Of a stretch of DNA of 64,000 nt, positions 36,750-48,409 are shown in pieces. The stretch comes from Macrostomum lignano. Its lineage: Eukaryota. The notes below the pieces were generated by a model. The model made no database searches, had not been told where the DNA came from, and saw nothing but the letters and a program-made list of their open reading frames with translations. Location of the stretch: the NCBI GenBank assembly GCA_002269645.1, contig NIVC01002312.1, positions 1 through 64,000 on the forward strand, read 5' to 3'. Position numbers and translations under genes: made by a program. Numbering within the stretch: the stretch's first letter is position 1; the number at the start of each line of letters is the position of its first letter.

Positions 36750-38961
36750 TGCGCGCTGCAGGCCTGCGCGAGCGCGACATCCGGCACCTCCAACGACGAC
36801 TGGCGCTGCACTGCATCCACTGGAGCCGCAACACGTGGGTGGAGCACTGCACCGGCGCACCTCAAATCCACTGATTTTGTGCCGAACTCTGCCAAACTCT
36901 GCTCATTTGCCATGAGCATTTGTCATTTGCCAAACTCTGGCCCACCCTGTTACCTTTACTTTTACCTGTTTTTTTATCTTCCACTCTGCATTTTTGTTTT
37001 ACTTTGTTTTTCTTTAATATTTTACTTTTTTACTGTCTCGAAGTTCATGCACTCTGTAAGCATTTTTCGCTGTGATTCCGCCTCTCGCGCTCATCCCCGC
37101 CGCCATCCCGTCTCCTGCGCCTTCACTTTTTCTCACTGTTTTAATTGCTTACTCCAATGTTTTACTGTTTTACGCATCCTGCGAACCCGTTTTTAGCTAC
37201 TTCGAGCGCGCACGTCAAATCCTCCGCCGCATCGTCTACCTTCCGACGCAGTCCTCGACAGACTACCTCTACGCCGACAGATGCCACGGCGGCCTTGGCC
37301 TGTCCCTAGCGAAGGAGGAGGCAGCCGTCCAGAAGGTCACCGAGGCCATCAGGCGACTCTGCTGCACCGACGCCGCGCTCAGAGAGCTAGCCTGGGCCGA
37401 ACTGCGCGGCCTGGTCCAACGCCGCCTACGGCTCCGGGCTGCACCTGTTTGACCTCGCGACGTCGCCGACTTCCTCAATGGCGCAGCACTGCCACCCAGC
37501 GGAGAAACGGCCAGCTGGTGGTTCCAAGTCCGCCACGCCACCCGCGAGGTGCTCCACGCGACCGGGCTGCGCTTCACCATCAGCAACGACTGGACGGCCA
37601 GCCTGGAGTGGCGCTGCAACCGCTCGACCGCTCGAGAAGTGCTGCAACCGCTCGACCTGAAGTTCCGCATTGAGCAGGACTGGACTGTGCGTCTGGAGTG
37701 GCGGCACCCGCTGTCTGGGGCGGTCGAGCAGCTCCAACGGATCAGCGCGGCCACGCGCAAGCTGCACGAGGTCGTCAGATCGGCGCACACATCGGCGTGG
37801 CGGCAATGCCGCTCCCAGGGCCGCTTCGCGACGACGGCGACACACATCGGCGGGCACACCTGGCTGTTCAACAGCACCGGGATGCGCGTGTGTGACTGGC
37901 GCTTCGTACATCGCGCCCGCCTCAACCTCATTCCAACGAATGCGACGCGGCGGCTCGCTGACCCGACAGCCGACGCCCGCTGCAGGCGATGCGGCGCTGA
38001 GGCGGAGACCCTCGGTCATGTCCTTAGCGCCTGCCCTGTGCATGCGGGACGATGGAGAGACCGCCACGACGGCGTCGTCAGCGCGATCGCCGGTGCCATC
38101 CAGAAGGCCTGTCCGACTGCGACGGTGCTCAACGATCAGGAGGTGCTGCCTGGTTCTGGCCTCCGTCCCGACATCAGCGTCGAGGACCCGGCTCGAGGAC
38201 GGCGCCTGCTGATCGAAGTCAAGACACCGATGGAGGCCGGCCCGACTACCTATTCGCGTAAGCACCGGGCCGTCTGCGAGAAATACGCTGGCCTGACCCA
38301 GCGGCTGAAGGAGGACGCACCTACGGCCCTGGCGACTCTTTGTGTCGGAGCGCTTGGCTCCTGGTCGCCGCACAACAACACCATCCTGCGTGCGGCCGGG
38401 CTCGCCGAGCGCGTCATTCGCAGCCTCCAGCGCCAGCTTGCGCTCCACTGCATCCACTGGAGCCGCAATTCGTGGGTGGAGCACTGCACGGGCGCCCCGC
38501 AAGCTTTCTGATGCACCTGTGCCTGTGCCTTCGCCTGACCGTTTTGGGTCTCCGCGCTTTCTGACCCCAATTATTGCCCGTTGCTCCTTTTGGGACGTCC
38601 GCGCCTGTTTTCACCACCTTTATATCTCATTTATCTATTTTGCATTTAATACTCTCTCACCCATCCTTTTTTTATCCATTTTGGTCTATTTTATTTTATT
38701 TCTTTTTTATTTCATCCTTTTGTTTTCGTCTGCTTTTACTGCCACTCCCCTTTTTATCCCGCTTCCCGTTGTCTTCTAAAAGTCTTTTGAAACGCTTTAT
38801 TCTGCTCAATTTGCTTTAACTTTCGCCGCTCTATTTCTTTTGCATGAGCCCTCGCTCGCCGTCGCCTTTACAATCATCTGTCCTCGCCTACTAATTTCCT
38901 TTAATACTTAAATATATTGCCCCCACTCTCGGTAGCTCGTCCGAGGGGCAGGGCCTTTCGC
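36750..38961 (+). mobile_element. Chimeric retroelement segment: subfamily A 3' fragment, then A internal fragment, then subfamily B RLE domain and 3' UTR
   Basis: 36750-37197 re-enters the A 3' end (..CTGAPQIH*). 37200-37610 is A post-RT sequence. ~37615-38511 is a diverged RLE ORF (CRRCGAEAETLGHVLSAC, RHDGVV, PD..EVK, ..CTGAPQAF*) with a different 3' UTR. Confidence 0.88.
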
Positions 38962-39112
38962 TCTGTTCTTTAGAGATTAATTCCTCTAACGTAGGCCATT
39001 GGTCTACTAAGTAATTAATCCGGTTTTTGATGAGTCGGACCAGTGCTTCGTGTTCACACGACCTGATCCACGCGTAGGCCTTGCGCTGCAGTACAGCAAG
39101 GATCTGCGCATC
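38962..39112 (+). ncRNA. U2: U2 snRNA 3' half, copy 2
   Basis: Identical by eye to 36552-36702 (offset 2410). Confidence 0.92.
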
Positions 39113-39159
39113 TAAGAAATCTAAAATAGCGAAGGCGGAGTCATGGCAGTATCAAGGAG

Positions 39160-41182
39160 TGCGCGCTGCAGGCCTGCGCGAGCGCGACATCCGGCACCTC
39201 CAACGACGACTGGCGCTGCACTGCATCCACTGGAGCCGCAACACGTGGGTGGAGCACTGCACCGGCGCACCTCAAATCCACTGATTTTGTGCCGAACTCT
39301 GCCAAACTCTGCTCATTTGCCATGAGCATTTGTCATTTGCCAAACTCTGGCCCACCCTGTTACCTTTACTTTTACCTGTTTTTTTATCTTCCACTCTGCA
39401 TTTTTGTTTTACTTTGTTTTTCTTTAATATTTTACTTTTTTACTGTCTCGAAGTTCATGCACTCTGTAAGCATTTTTCGCTGTGATTCCGCCTCTCGCGC
39501 TCATCCCCGCCGCCATCCCGTCTCCTGCGCCTTCACTTTTTCTCACTGTTTTAATTGCATTTACTCCAATGTTTTACTGTTTTACGCATCCTGCGAACCC
39601 GTTTTTAGCTACTTCGAGCGCGCACGTCAAATCCTCCGCCGCATCGTCTACCTTCCGACGCAGTCCTCGACAGACTACCTCTACGCCGACAGATGCCACG
39701 GCGGCCTTGGCCTGTCCCTAGCGAAGGAGGAGGCAGCCGTCCAGAAGGTCACCGAGGCCATCAGGCGACTCTGCTGCACCGACGCCGCGCTCAGAGAGCT
39801 AGCCTGGGCCGAACTGCGCGGCCTGGTCCAACGCCGCCTACGGCTCCGGGCTGCACCTGTTTGACCTCGCGACGTCGCCGACTTCCTCAATGGCGCAGCA
39901 CTGCCACCCAGCGGAGAAACGGCCAGCTGGTGGTTCCAAGTCCGCCACGCCACCCGCGAGGTGCTCCACGCGACCGGGCTGCGCTTCACCATCAGCAACG
40001 ACTGGACGGCCAGCCTGGAGTGGCGCGACCCGCTGTCCAGAACTATCCAGCGCTGTGACAGAGCGGCAGCAATCACCCGGAGGCTTCACCAGGTGGTCAG
40101 GGCAGCGCACACGGCGGCCTGGCGCGGGTGCCACTCCCAAGGCCGATTCGCCACGACTGGCGCTTCATCCACCGAGCGCGGCTCAACCTGGTGCCCACCA
40201 ACGCGCTCCGGAGACTGGCCGACCCGACATCCGACCCGCGATGCCGCCGCTGCGGAGCCGGCGTCGAGACGCTCGGCCACGTGATCAACAGCTGCCGGTG
40301 CACGCGGCCAGGTGGAGGGACCGCCACGACGGCATCGTCAACGCCGTCGCCACCGCCATCAGCGAGGCCCGCCCAAACGCGACCATCACCACGACCAGGA
40401 GGTCCTTCCCGCTCTGATCTGCGACCTGACATCAGCATCATGGATCCAGACAGAGGCCGCCGTCTCCTGATCGAAGTCAAGTCGCCGTTCGAGGTCGGGC
40501 CGGCCACGTTCCCACGCAAGCACCGAGCCGTATGCCAGAAGTACGCCGGCATCACGCAGCAGCTCAGCGCAGAGGCGCCAACGGCCCTGGCGACTTTCTG
40601 CATCGGCTCGCTGGGCGCCTGGTCGCCCTTCAACAACGCCATCCTGCGCGCTGCAGGCCTGCGCGAGCGCGACATCCGGCACCTCCAACGACGACTAGCG
40701 CTGCACTGCATCCACTGGAGCCGCAACACGTGGGTGGAGCACTGCACCGGCGCACCTCAAATCCACTGATTTTGTGCCGAACTCTGCCAAACTCTGCTCA
40801 TCTCAGTCCGCTCTGTTACCTTTACGACTTTACCTGTTTTATTCATCTTTCACTCTGCATTTTTGTTTTACTTTGTTTTTCTGTAATATTTTACTTTTTA
40901 CTATCTCGTAGTACACGCACTCTGTAAGCTATTTCGCTGCGATTCCGCCTCTCGCGCTCATCCCTGCCGCCATCCCATCTCCTGCGCCATCACTTTTCCC
41001 CACTGTTTTAATTGCATTTCATTGTTTTACTGTTTTACGCATCCGCGAACCCGTTTTTAGCTACTCTCAGTAGCATCATCAGGCTCTTGGCCAAATATTT
41101 CTGCTTATATCGCTTATTGTGTTTAATACTTAAATATATTGCCCGACCGTCGGATACTCGGCCGACGGGCAGGGCCTTTCGC
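39160..41182 (+). mobile_element. Chimeric/deleted subfamily A retroelement segment
   Basis: 39113-40020 duplicates 36703-37610, then continues as A with small deletions and frameshifts to the stop at 40769, followed by the 3' UTR. Confidence 0.88.
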
Positions 41183-41333
41183 TCTGTTCTTTAGAGATTA
41201 ATTCCTCTAACGTAGGCCATTGGTCTACTAAGTAATTAATCTGGTTTTTGATGAGTCGGACCAGTGCTTCGTGTTCACACGACCTGGTCCACGCGTAGGC
41301 CTTGCGCTGCAGTACAGCAAGGATCTGCGCATC
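41183..41333 (+). ncRNA. U2: U2 snRNA 3' half, copy 3 (variant)
   Basis: Same as copies 1 and 2 except AATCTGG and GACCTGGTCC, the latter perfecting stem III pairing with GGACCAG. The downstream flank continues ...AAGGAGTACTGTAC. Confidence 0.92.
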
Positions 41334-41902
41334 TAAGAAATCTAAAATAGCGAAGGCGGAGTCATGGCAGTATCAAGGAGTACTGTACATGTATATAGCT
41401 ATGTACGGTGGTCCTTTGGGTGGTAGGAAGAACGTAGAATACCGACGTCAGATGCAAAACTGACGCGGCCGACCTCCCTGTGCCTTCGCCTGGTCGCCCG
41501 CGGTATCCACGCGCCCTTCTCTCTCGTTGCCATTTGCTTCCCCTTTGACTTTTGCTCCTGTTTTCACCCGTCTACATCTTATACATTTTACATTTTATGT
41601 ATCTATTTATCATTTATTTCATCCTCCTTTACCTTTTTAATCATTTCGACTCACTTTTCTATTCTATCCTTTCGTTTTCGCTCTTATCTTACTTCTACTC
41701 TCTCGTTTTTATCCCCAGATATTCTTTTTCCTCTAAAATCTTTTTGAAATGCGCTCCCGCCTTCTTTTTTGCTTCAAATTGCTTTAACAATCGCCGCCCC
41801 CGTGCGACACCGTGACGTCGCCGACTTCCTGAATGGCGCGACGCTACCATCAAGCGGCGGGACATCCAGCTAGTGGTTTCAAGTGCGCCACGCCGTCCGA
41901 GA

Positions 41903-41927
41903 GGCCTTATTGGCTAAGATCTGTAGT
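41903..41927 (+). ncRNA. U2: U2 5' remnant (nt ~11-39, lacking AAAG) at the 5' junction of the near-full-length element
   Basis: GGCCTTATTGGCTAAGATC-TGTAGT versus GGCCTTATTGGCTAAGATCAAAGTGTAGT at 35271-35299. Confidence 0.8.
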
Positions 41928-44900
41928 TCGGCTCGGCTCGGTTCGGCTCGTCATGCTTCGCCTCGGGTGCTCCACTTCACAGTAACATCGCCGTCTCGGC
42001 CTTTGGATCCACTGCTCGACTATAGTGGCGGAATATGTACACATGCAAGTGCGGCCGTCAATTTAGGTCCGAGCGCAACCTTTACGCCCATGCCGGCATC
42101 TGCAAGAACTCGGCTACCTCGCCCAGCGGCAGCAGCCTCGATCGACCCCAACAGCGTCGAATCAAGCGACTGAGGCAGCGGCTACCAGCAGCAGACGACA
42201 GTCTGGAGCAGCGCTGCCGAGGGAGGTTTGCCCGGCCTGCCGTAAGACACTGACAGCCAAAGGCATGTCTCGGCACTTAAACACCTGCGCAGAGAGGCAA
42301 CGCGCGGCCGGTAACTACGAGGCTGCGGCCAAGGCAAAAGCAGCAACGGACGCGCGGCATCGGTGCACGTACAGATGCGGCGCACAATTCACCACAGCAC
42401 GCGCCCGCAACATCCACGCCGCCAGGTGCAGACCAAGGACTGACGCCAAGCTGGAGAACGCAGTCGCATGCCGGCACTGCCACACGATTTTCTCCACTGC
42501 TAGGTGGGCACGCCACGCGGCCCTCTGCGCCACGAGACGGGGCGCCACGGCACCAGCAGTCGAACCAGCGGCACCGGCAGCCGTAGCGGCGCCAGCAGCT
42601 CCGGTGGTGACGTCGGCGGCACCAGCAGTTCCCGCGGCTCCAGTAGCATCAGTGGTGGAGACAGCAGCAGCACCGGCAGCAGCGGCAGCGGCGACAGCAG
42701 CAGCACCGGCGGCAGCAGCACCGGCGGCAGCGGCAACGGCGACAGCAGCAGCACCGGCGGCAGCAGCACCGGCAGAAGCAGCAGCGGCGACAGCAGCAAC
42801 AGCGGCGGCAGCAGCACCGGCGGCAGCGGCAGCGGCGACAGCAGCAGCTCCGGCGGCAGCAGCACCGGCGGCAGCGGCAGCGGCGACAGCAGCAGCTCCG
42901 GCGGCAGCAGCATCGGCGGCGGCTCCAGCGGCAACGGCGGCTCCAGCAGCACCCGCGGCTTTGGCTCCAGAAGCGCCAACCACAACCGCGGCGGCAGCAT
43001 GCCTCCAAGCGATCGCCAACCTACCAGAGGACGACGCAACAGCATGGCCAGAGTTCTGCACCGCCTGCGACAGCTTCATCATCGCCGCACAGCCCGAGAA
43101 CAACCGCAGAGGGAGGGGCGGACCAAGGCACAACGACAACCTTGCCGCACGGTACGCGAGAAACCGTCGCGAAGCCATGCGCGAGACCCTAGGCGAAGCC
43201 CGAGTCGAATGCGCGGTCCCCCTCGCTGACGTCGAAGCCGAATTTCGCCGGAGGTACGCCGACAGAGGACCCCGCGACTGGGACAGTGATGCGGCATACA
43301 TCCCAAAGGCGACCACCGCAGACCTCAGCACAGCGGAAACGATAACGGCAGCGGACGTACGGCGCGCCCTCAAGGGTCGGACGGACTCTGCGCCCGGCAA
43401 CGACGGCCTACGGTACTCCGACCTGACCAAGGCCGACCCGTCCGGACAAGCACTGGCCGCAATCTTCGACCTCTGCCTGCGCCGATTCCACCGCGTCCCG
43501 CCCAGCTGGAAGAGCTACCGCACCATCCTGCTGTTCAAGAAGCCGGACCGGTACATCGCCGCCCAAGAATCCGACCTGTCCAAATGGACACGTGCTACAA
43601 GATCCTGGCAGCCATCCTGGCGGAGCGGGTCACGCGGTGGGCGTCCGACGCCGACCTGATCAGCCCAGAACAACGTGGCGGACTCCAGTACGAAGGCTGC
43701 GCCGACCACAATTATGTTCTGAGAGCTTGCCACGACGACGCGCGCCGCCGCAAAGCTGTCCTCGACGCCGCCTTCGTGGACCTCCGCGACGCCTTCACAA
43801 GCGTCCTGCATGACCTCATGTTCGGCCAGCTCGAGCGAGGCGGCCTAGACGCAGTCACACAGGCCCTCATCCAAGACATCTACGCCGACAACGTTACTGC
43901 GGTGTACACCGGCCCTGATCAGGCGACTGCCGACATCCCCGTTGAGAGCGGTGTTCGGCAAGGTTGCCCGCTGTCCCGCTACCTTCCGACGCGGTCGTCG
44001 ACAGACTACCTCTACGCCGACAGATGCCACCGCGGCCTTGGCCTGTCCCTAGCGAAGGAGGAGGCAGCCGTCCAGAAGGTCACCGACGCCGCGCTCAGAG
44101 AGCTAGCCTGGGCCGAACTGCGCGGCCTGGTCCAACGCCGCCTACGGCTCCGGGCTGCACCTGTTTGACCTCGCGACGTCGCCGACTTCCTCAATGGCGC
44201 AGCACTGCCACCCAGCGGAGAAACGGCCAGCTGGTGGTTCCAAGTCCGCCACGCCACCCGCGAGGTGCTCCACGCGACCGGGCTGCGCTTCACCATCAGC
44301 AACGACTGGACGGCCAGCCTGGAGTGGCGCGACCCGCTGTCCGGAACTATCCAGCGATGCGACAGAGCGGCAGCAATCACCCGGAGGCTTCACCAGGTGG
44401 TCAGGGCAGCGCACACGGCGGCCTGGCGCGGGTGCCACTCCCAAGGCCGATTCGCCACGACTGCCACGCACATCGGCAGCCACACCTGGCTGTTCAGCAG
44501 CACCGGCATGCGCGCCTGCGACTGGCGCTTCATCCACCGAGCGCGGCTCAACCTGGTGCCCACCAACGCGCTCCGGAGACTGGCCGACCCGACATCCGAC
44601 CCGCGATGCCGCCGCTGCGGAGCCGGCGTCGAGACGCTCGGCCACGTCATCAACAGCTGCCTGGTGCACGCGGCCAGGTGGAGGGACCGCCACGACGGCA
44701 TCGTCAACGCCGTCGCCACCGCCATCAGCGAGGCCCGCCCAAACGCGACCATCACCAACGACCAGGAGGTCCTTCCCAGCTCTGATCTGCGACCTGACAT
44801 CAGCATCATGGATCCAGACAGAGGCCGCCGCCTCCTGATCGAAGTCAAGTCGCCGTTCGAGGTCGGGCCGGCCACGTTCCCACGCAAGCACCGAGCCATA

Positions 44901-45240
44901 TGCCAGAAGTACGCCGGCATCACGCAGCAGCTCAGCGCAGAGGCACCAACGGCCCTGGCGACTTTCTGCATCGGCTCGCTGGGCGCCTGGTCGCCCTTCA
45001 ACAACGCCATCCTGCGCGCTGCAGGCCTGCGCGAGCGCGACATCCGGCACCTCCAACGACGACTAGCGCTGCACTGCATCCACTGGAGCCGCAACACGTG
45101 GGTGGAGCACTGCACCGGCGCACCTCAAATCCACTGATTTTGTGCCGAACTCTGCCAAACTCTGCTCATCTCAGCCCACCCTGTTACCTTTACTTTTACC
45201 TCTTTTACTTATCTTCCACTCTGCATTTTGTTTAACTTGT
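41928..45240 (+). mobile_element. Near-full-length Utopia-like non-LTR retrotransposon (zinc fingers, Ala/Pro linker, RT, RLE), frameshifted and internally deleted
   Basis: ATG 42035. Four C-C-H-C fingers: CKC..H..C; CPAC..RHLNTC; CTYRC..H..C; CRHC..H..C. RT motifs include APGNDG, YKILAAIL, VDLRDAF and GVRQGCPLS. The sequence jumps at ~43975 straight to post-RT sequence with no YADD motif. The RLE ORF ends at 45137. Confidence 0.92.
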
Positions 45241-48200
45241 TGTCTCCTGCCTGCCCTTCCATCTCAGACTACGCGACGCCGATTGAACGCTACTGGGCAA
45301 TCAGCGGTGCAAGTTGCAAGAACGGCAGCGTGCGGAGCTGGGCTTTGATGAGAGGGCCCACCTACCACCTGCCAGCAGAGTCGACGATTGACTACCTTTA
45401 CGCCGACAAGCGTCACAGTGGTCTCGGACTGCCCCTGCTTAAAGAAGAAGCCGCCATTCAGAAGGTTGTCGAGGCGCTAATGCGTCTTGGAAGCAGCGAT
45501 GAGATCTTGCGCGACATTGCCTGGACGGAGCTACAAGATTTGGTTCGTCGTCGGCTTTGATGAGTCGTCGGCAGCCGGCTTGACGCCAGCCGAACTCTGC
45601 TGCGCTGCCCTCAACGACCTGCCTGAGGACGACGAGCGAGCATGGCCTGAGTTTTGCACGGCCTGCGACTCCCTCGTTGCCACCGCTATCCCGGATGAGC
45701 GCCGCGGTTGTGGAGGGCCTCACGGACGGTGTGGTTCTCCCAATACCAGTCTGGCGGCTCGCTACGCAAAAAAATCGAAAGCGCGCGATGCGGAACATTG
45801 CGCATTGAATGCACTGTGCCCATTGCGGACATCGACACCGACTTTCGACAACGCTATGCAGATCGTGGGCTACAAGACTGCCCGACCGCCCACCGGCCCG
45901 CTCCTGCTTGCCGCGACACCTTTACGGCGGAGCCAATTACTCCAGCAGATGTCAACCTGAAAACGGTACCGCACGGTGTTACTATTCAAAAAGCCGGACA
46001 GGTATGAGGCCGGGCAGGAATCTGACCTATCCAAATGGCGCCCAATAACTCTGCTGGACACCATCAATAAAATCTTTGCGGCGGTTCTAATCGAGCGTGT
46101 TCTACAATGGGCGACTTTGGCGGAGCTCATCAGCCCGAGGCAGCGCGGAGGCCTCCACTATGAAGGTTTTGCCGACCACAACTACGTGCTGCGCGCCTGC
46201 CGCGACGACGCATGACGCCGCAAGGTGACGCTGGACGCTGCCTTCCTAGACCTCCGTGACGCCTTCACCAGCGTGACTCACGACCTGCTATTTGGATCCC
46301 TGGAGCGGGCGGAAATGGACGGAGACACCTTAGCGCTCTTTGGGACATTTCCGCGGAGAACGTGACCGCTATCCATGCCGGCGAAGACCGCGTCATCCCC
46401 GATATTCCGGTTGAAAGCGGAGTGCGCCAGGGCTGCCCCCTCTCGGGAGTCCTTTTCGCGTTATGCATGGAGCCCCTCCTTCGTGCGCCGGATCCTGTCG
46501 ACGGCTACCTACTGCATGGACACCATCAGCTCAACCTTGCGTACGCTGATGACGCGGCGTTCGTCACGAGCAGCGGGGCCGCTCTTCGGCGCGTGGTCGC
46601 GGCGATTGACAAGGCAGCAGACTGGGCAGGCCTCACCATCAACCCGGGCAAGTGCGGCCGCCTTACCATCAACGGCGGCCCGGCCGAGGAGGCGGATCTA
46701 CAGGTCGCTGCGGGCCCCATCCGGAACCTTACCGAGGACGAGACCTACGAGTACCTGGGCGTCCCGGCAGGTGAACGACGTTCTGCGTCTGTTGGCGCCT
46801 TACTCGAGCGGGCGCTCCGAGAGCTCACAGCGGTGGCGAACTGTGACCTCCTGCAATGGCAAAAGCTGAACGCTTACCGCACCTTTGTGGTCTCCCGCCT
46901 GCCTTTTCATTTCAGGCTACGCGACGCCGACTGGACGCTGCTGGGCAACCAGCGACGCAAGTTGCAAGGCCGACAGCGCGTGGAGTAGGGCTATGACGAG
47001 AGGGCACGCCAGATCATCCGGCGCGTCGCCTACCTGTCAGCGGAGTCGACGGTCGACTACCTTTACGCCGACAAGCTCCATGGTGGCCTTGGGCTGCCGC
47101 TGCTCAAAGAGAAAGCCGCCATCCAGAAGGCAGCGACGAGATACTGCGCGACATTGCCTCGACCGAGCTACCGTGACGTCACCGACTTCCTGAATGGCGC
47201 GACGCTACCACCAAGCGGTGAGACATCCATCTGGTGGTTTCAAGTGCGCCACGCTGTCCGAGAGGTCCTGCAGCCGCTCGACCTGAAGCTCCCCATCGAA
47301 CAAGACTGGACTCTGCGTCTGGAGTGGCGGCACCCGCTGTCTGGGGCGGTCGAGCAGCTCCACCGGATCAGCGCGGCTACGTGCAAGCTGCACGAGGTTG
47401 TCCGATCGGCGCACACGGCCGCATGGCGCCAATGCCGCTCCAAGGGCTGCTTCGCGACGACGGTGATGCACATCGACCGACACACTTGGCTGTTCAATAG
47501 CACCGGGATGCGCGTATGTGATTGGCGCTTTGTACAACGAACCCGCCTCAACCTCATTCCGAAAAATGCGATGCGGCGGCTTGCTGACCCGACAGCCGAC
47601 GCCCGCTGCAGGCGATGCGGCACGGAGTCGGAGACTCTCGGCCACGTCCTTGGCGCCTGTCGTGTGCACCACGGAGGGATCACCACGTCGGCGTCGTCAG
47701 CGCGATCGCGGGCGCCATTCAAAAGGCGTGCGTGACTGCGACGTTGCTCAGCGACCAAGATGTGCTGCTGGCTCTGGCCTACGTCCCAAAATCAGCATGG
47801 ATGACCCGGCCCGAAGACGGCACATGCTGATCGAACTCAAAACACGGAGACCGGCCCGGCTACCTACTCGCGAAAATACCGCGCCATCTCGAGAATTACG
47901 CTTGCCGCAGACACACCTACGGCCCTTACATTTGCTGCGTCTGTGTCTTGTGATGTCCTTGTCTTCCCCGCTGGCCGCGGAGGCGCAGGACACGAACGAG
48001 GTTGTCTGGCTGGGCGGGCGGCGTATCTTCGGAAGGTCTGTGCTTGTGCGGACCATTGGTCGTTCCCATTTAAGGCCTGAGTCCAGGGGCCCCCGGGGCT
48101 CTGACTGGTTGCTCATGTCAGTGGGAGTCCCTTCTTGGAGGGTGTGTGTCGTGCGCTTGGCTCTTTGTCACCGCACAACAACACTATCCTGCGTGCTGCC

Positions 48201-48340
48201 GGGCTCGCCGAGAGCGTCATCCGCAGCCTTCAGCGTCAGCTTGCGCTCCATTGCATCCACTGGAGCCGCAATACGTGGGTGAGAGCACTGTACGGGTGCA
48301 CCGCAAACTTTCTTACGCACCCGACCTTCCTACGCCTTCG
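45240..48340 (+). mobile_element. Older, degraded RLE retroelement copy and shards (subfamily B/C-like)
   Basis: Fragmented frames retain PITLLDTINKIF, GVRQGCPLSGVLF, LAYADD, GLTINPGKC, YEYLGV, CRRCGTESETLGHVLGAC and HCIHWSRNTWV, with many frameshifts and stops. Confidence 0.88.
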
Positions 48341-48409
48341 GCTGGTCGCCCGCAGTCTCCAAGCTTGGTGTGAAACGAGGGTAGGAAGCAGTGCTGTGTG
48401 CTGCCCGCG

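Noticed and set aside
35275-47758. Numerous antisense and alternate-frame ORFs over the retroelements
   Set aside because: They are shadow ORFs of GC-rich coding sequence; only the RT/RLE frame has conserved motifs.
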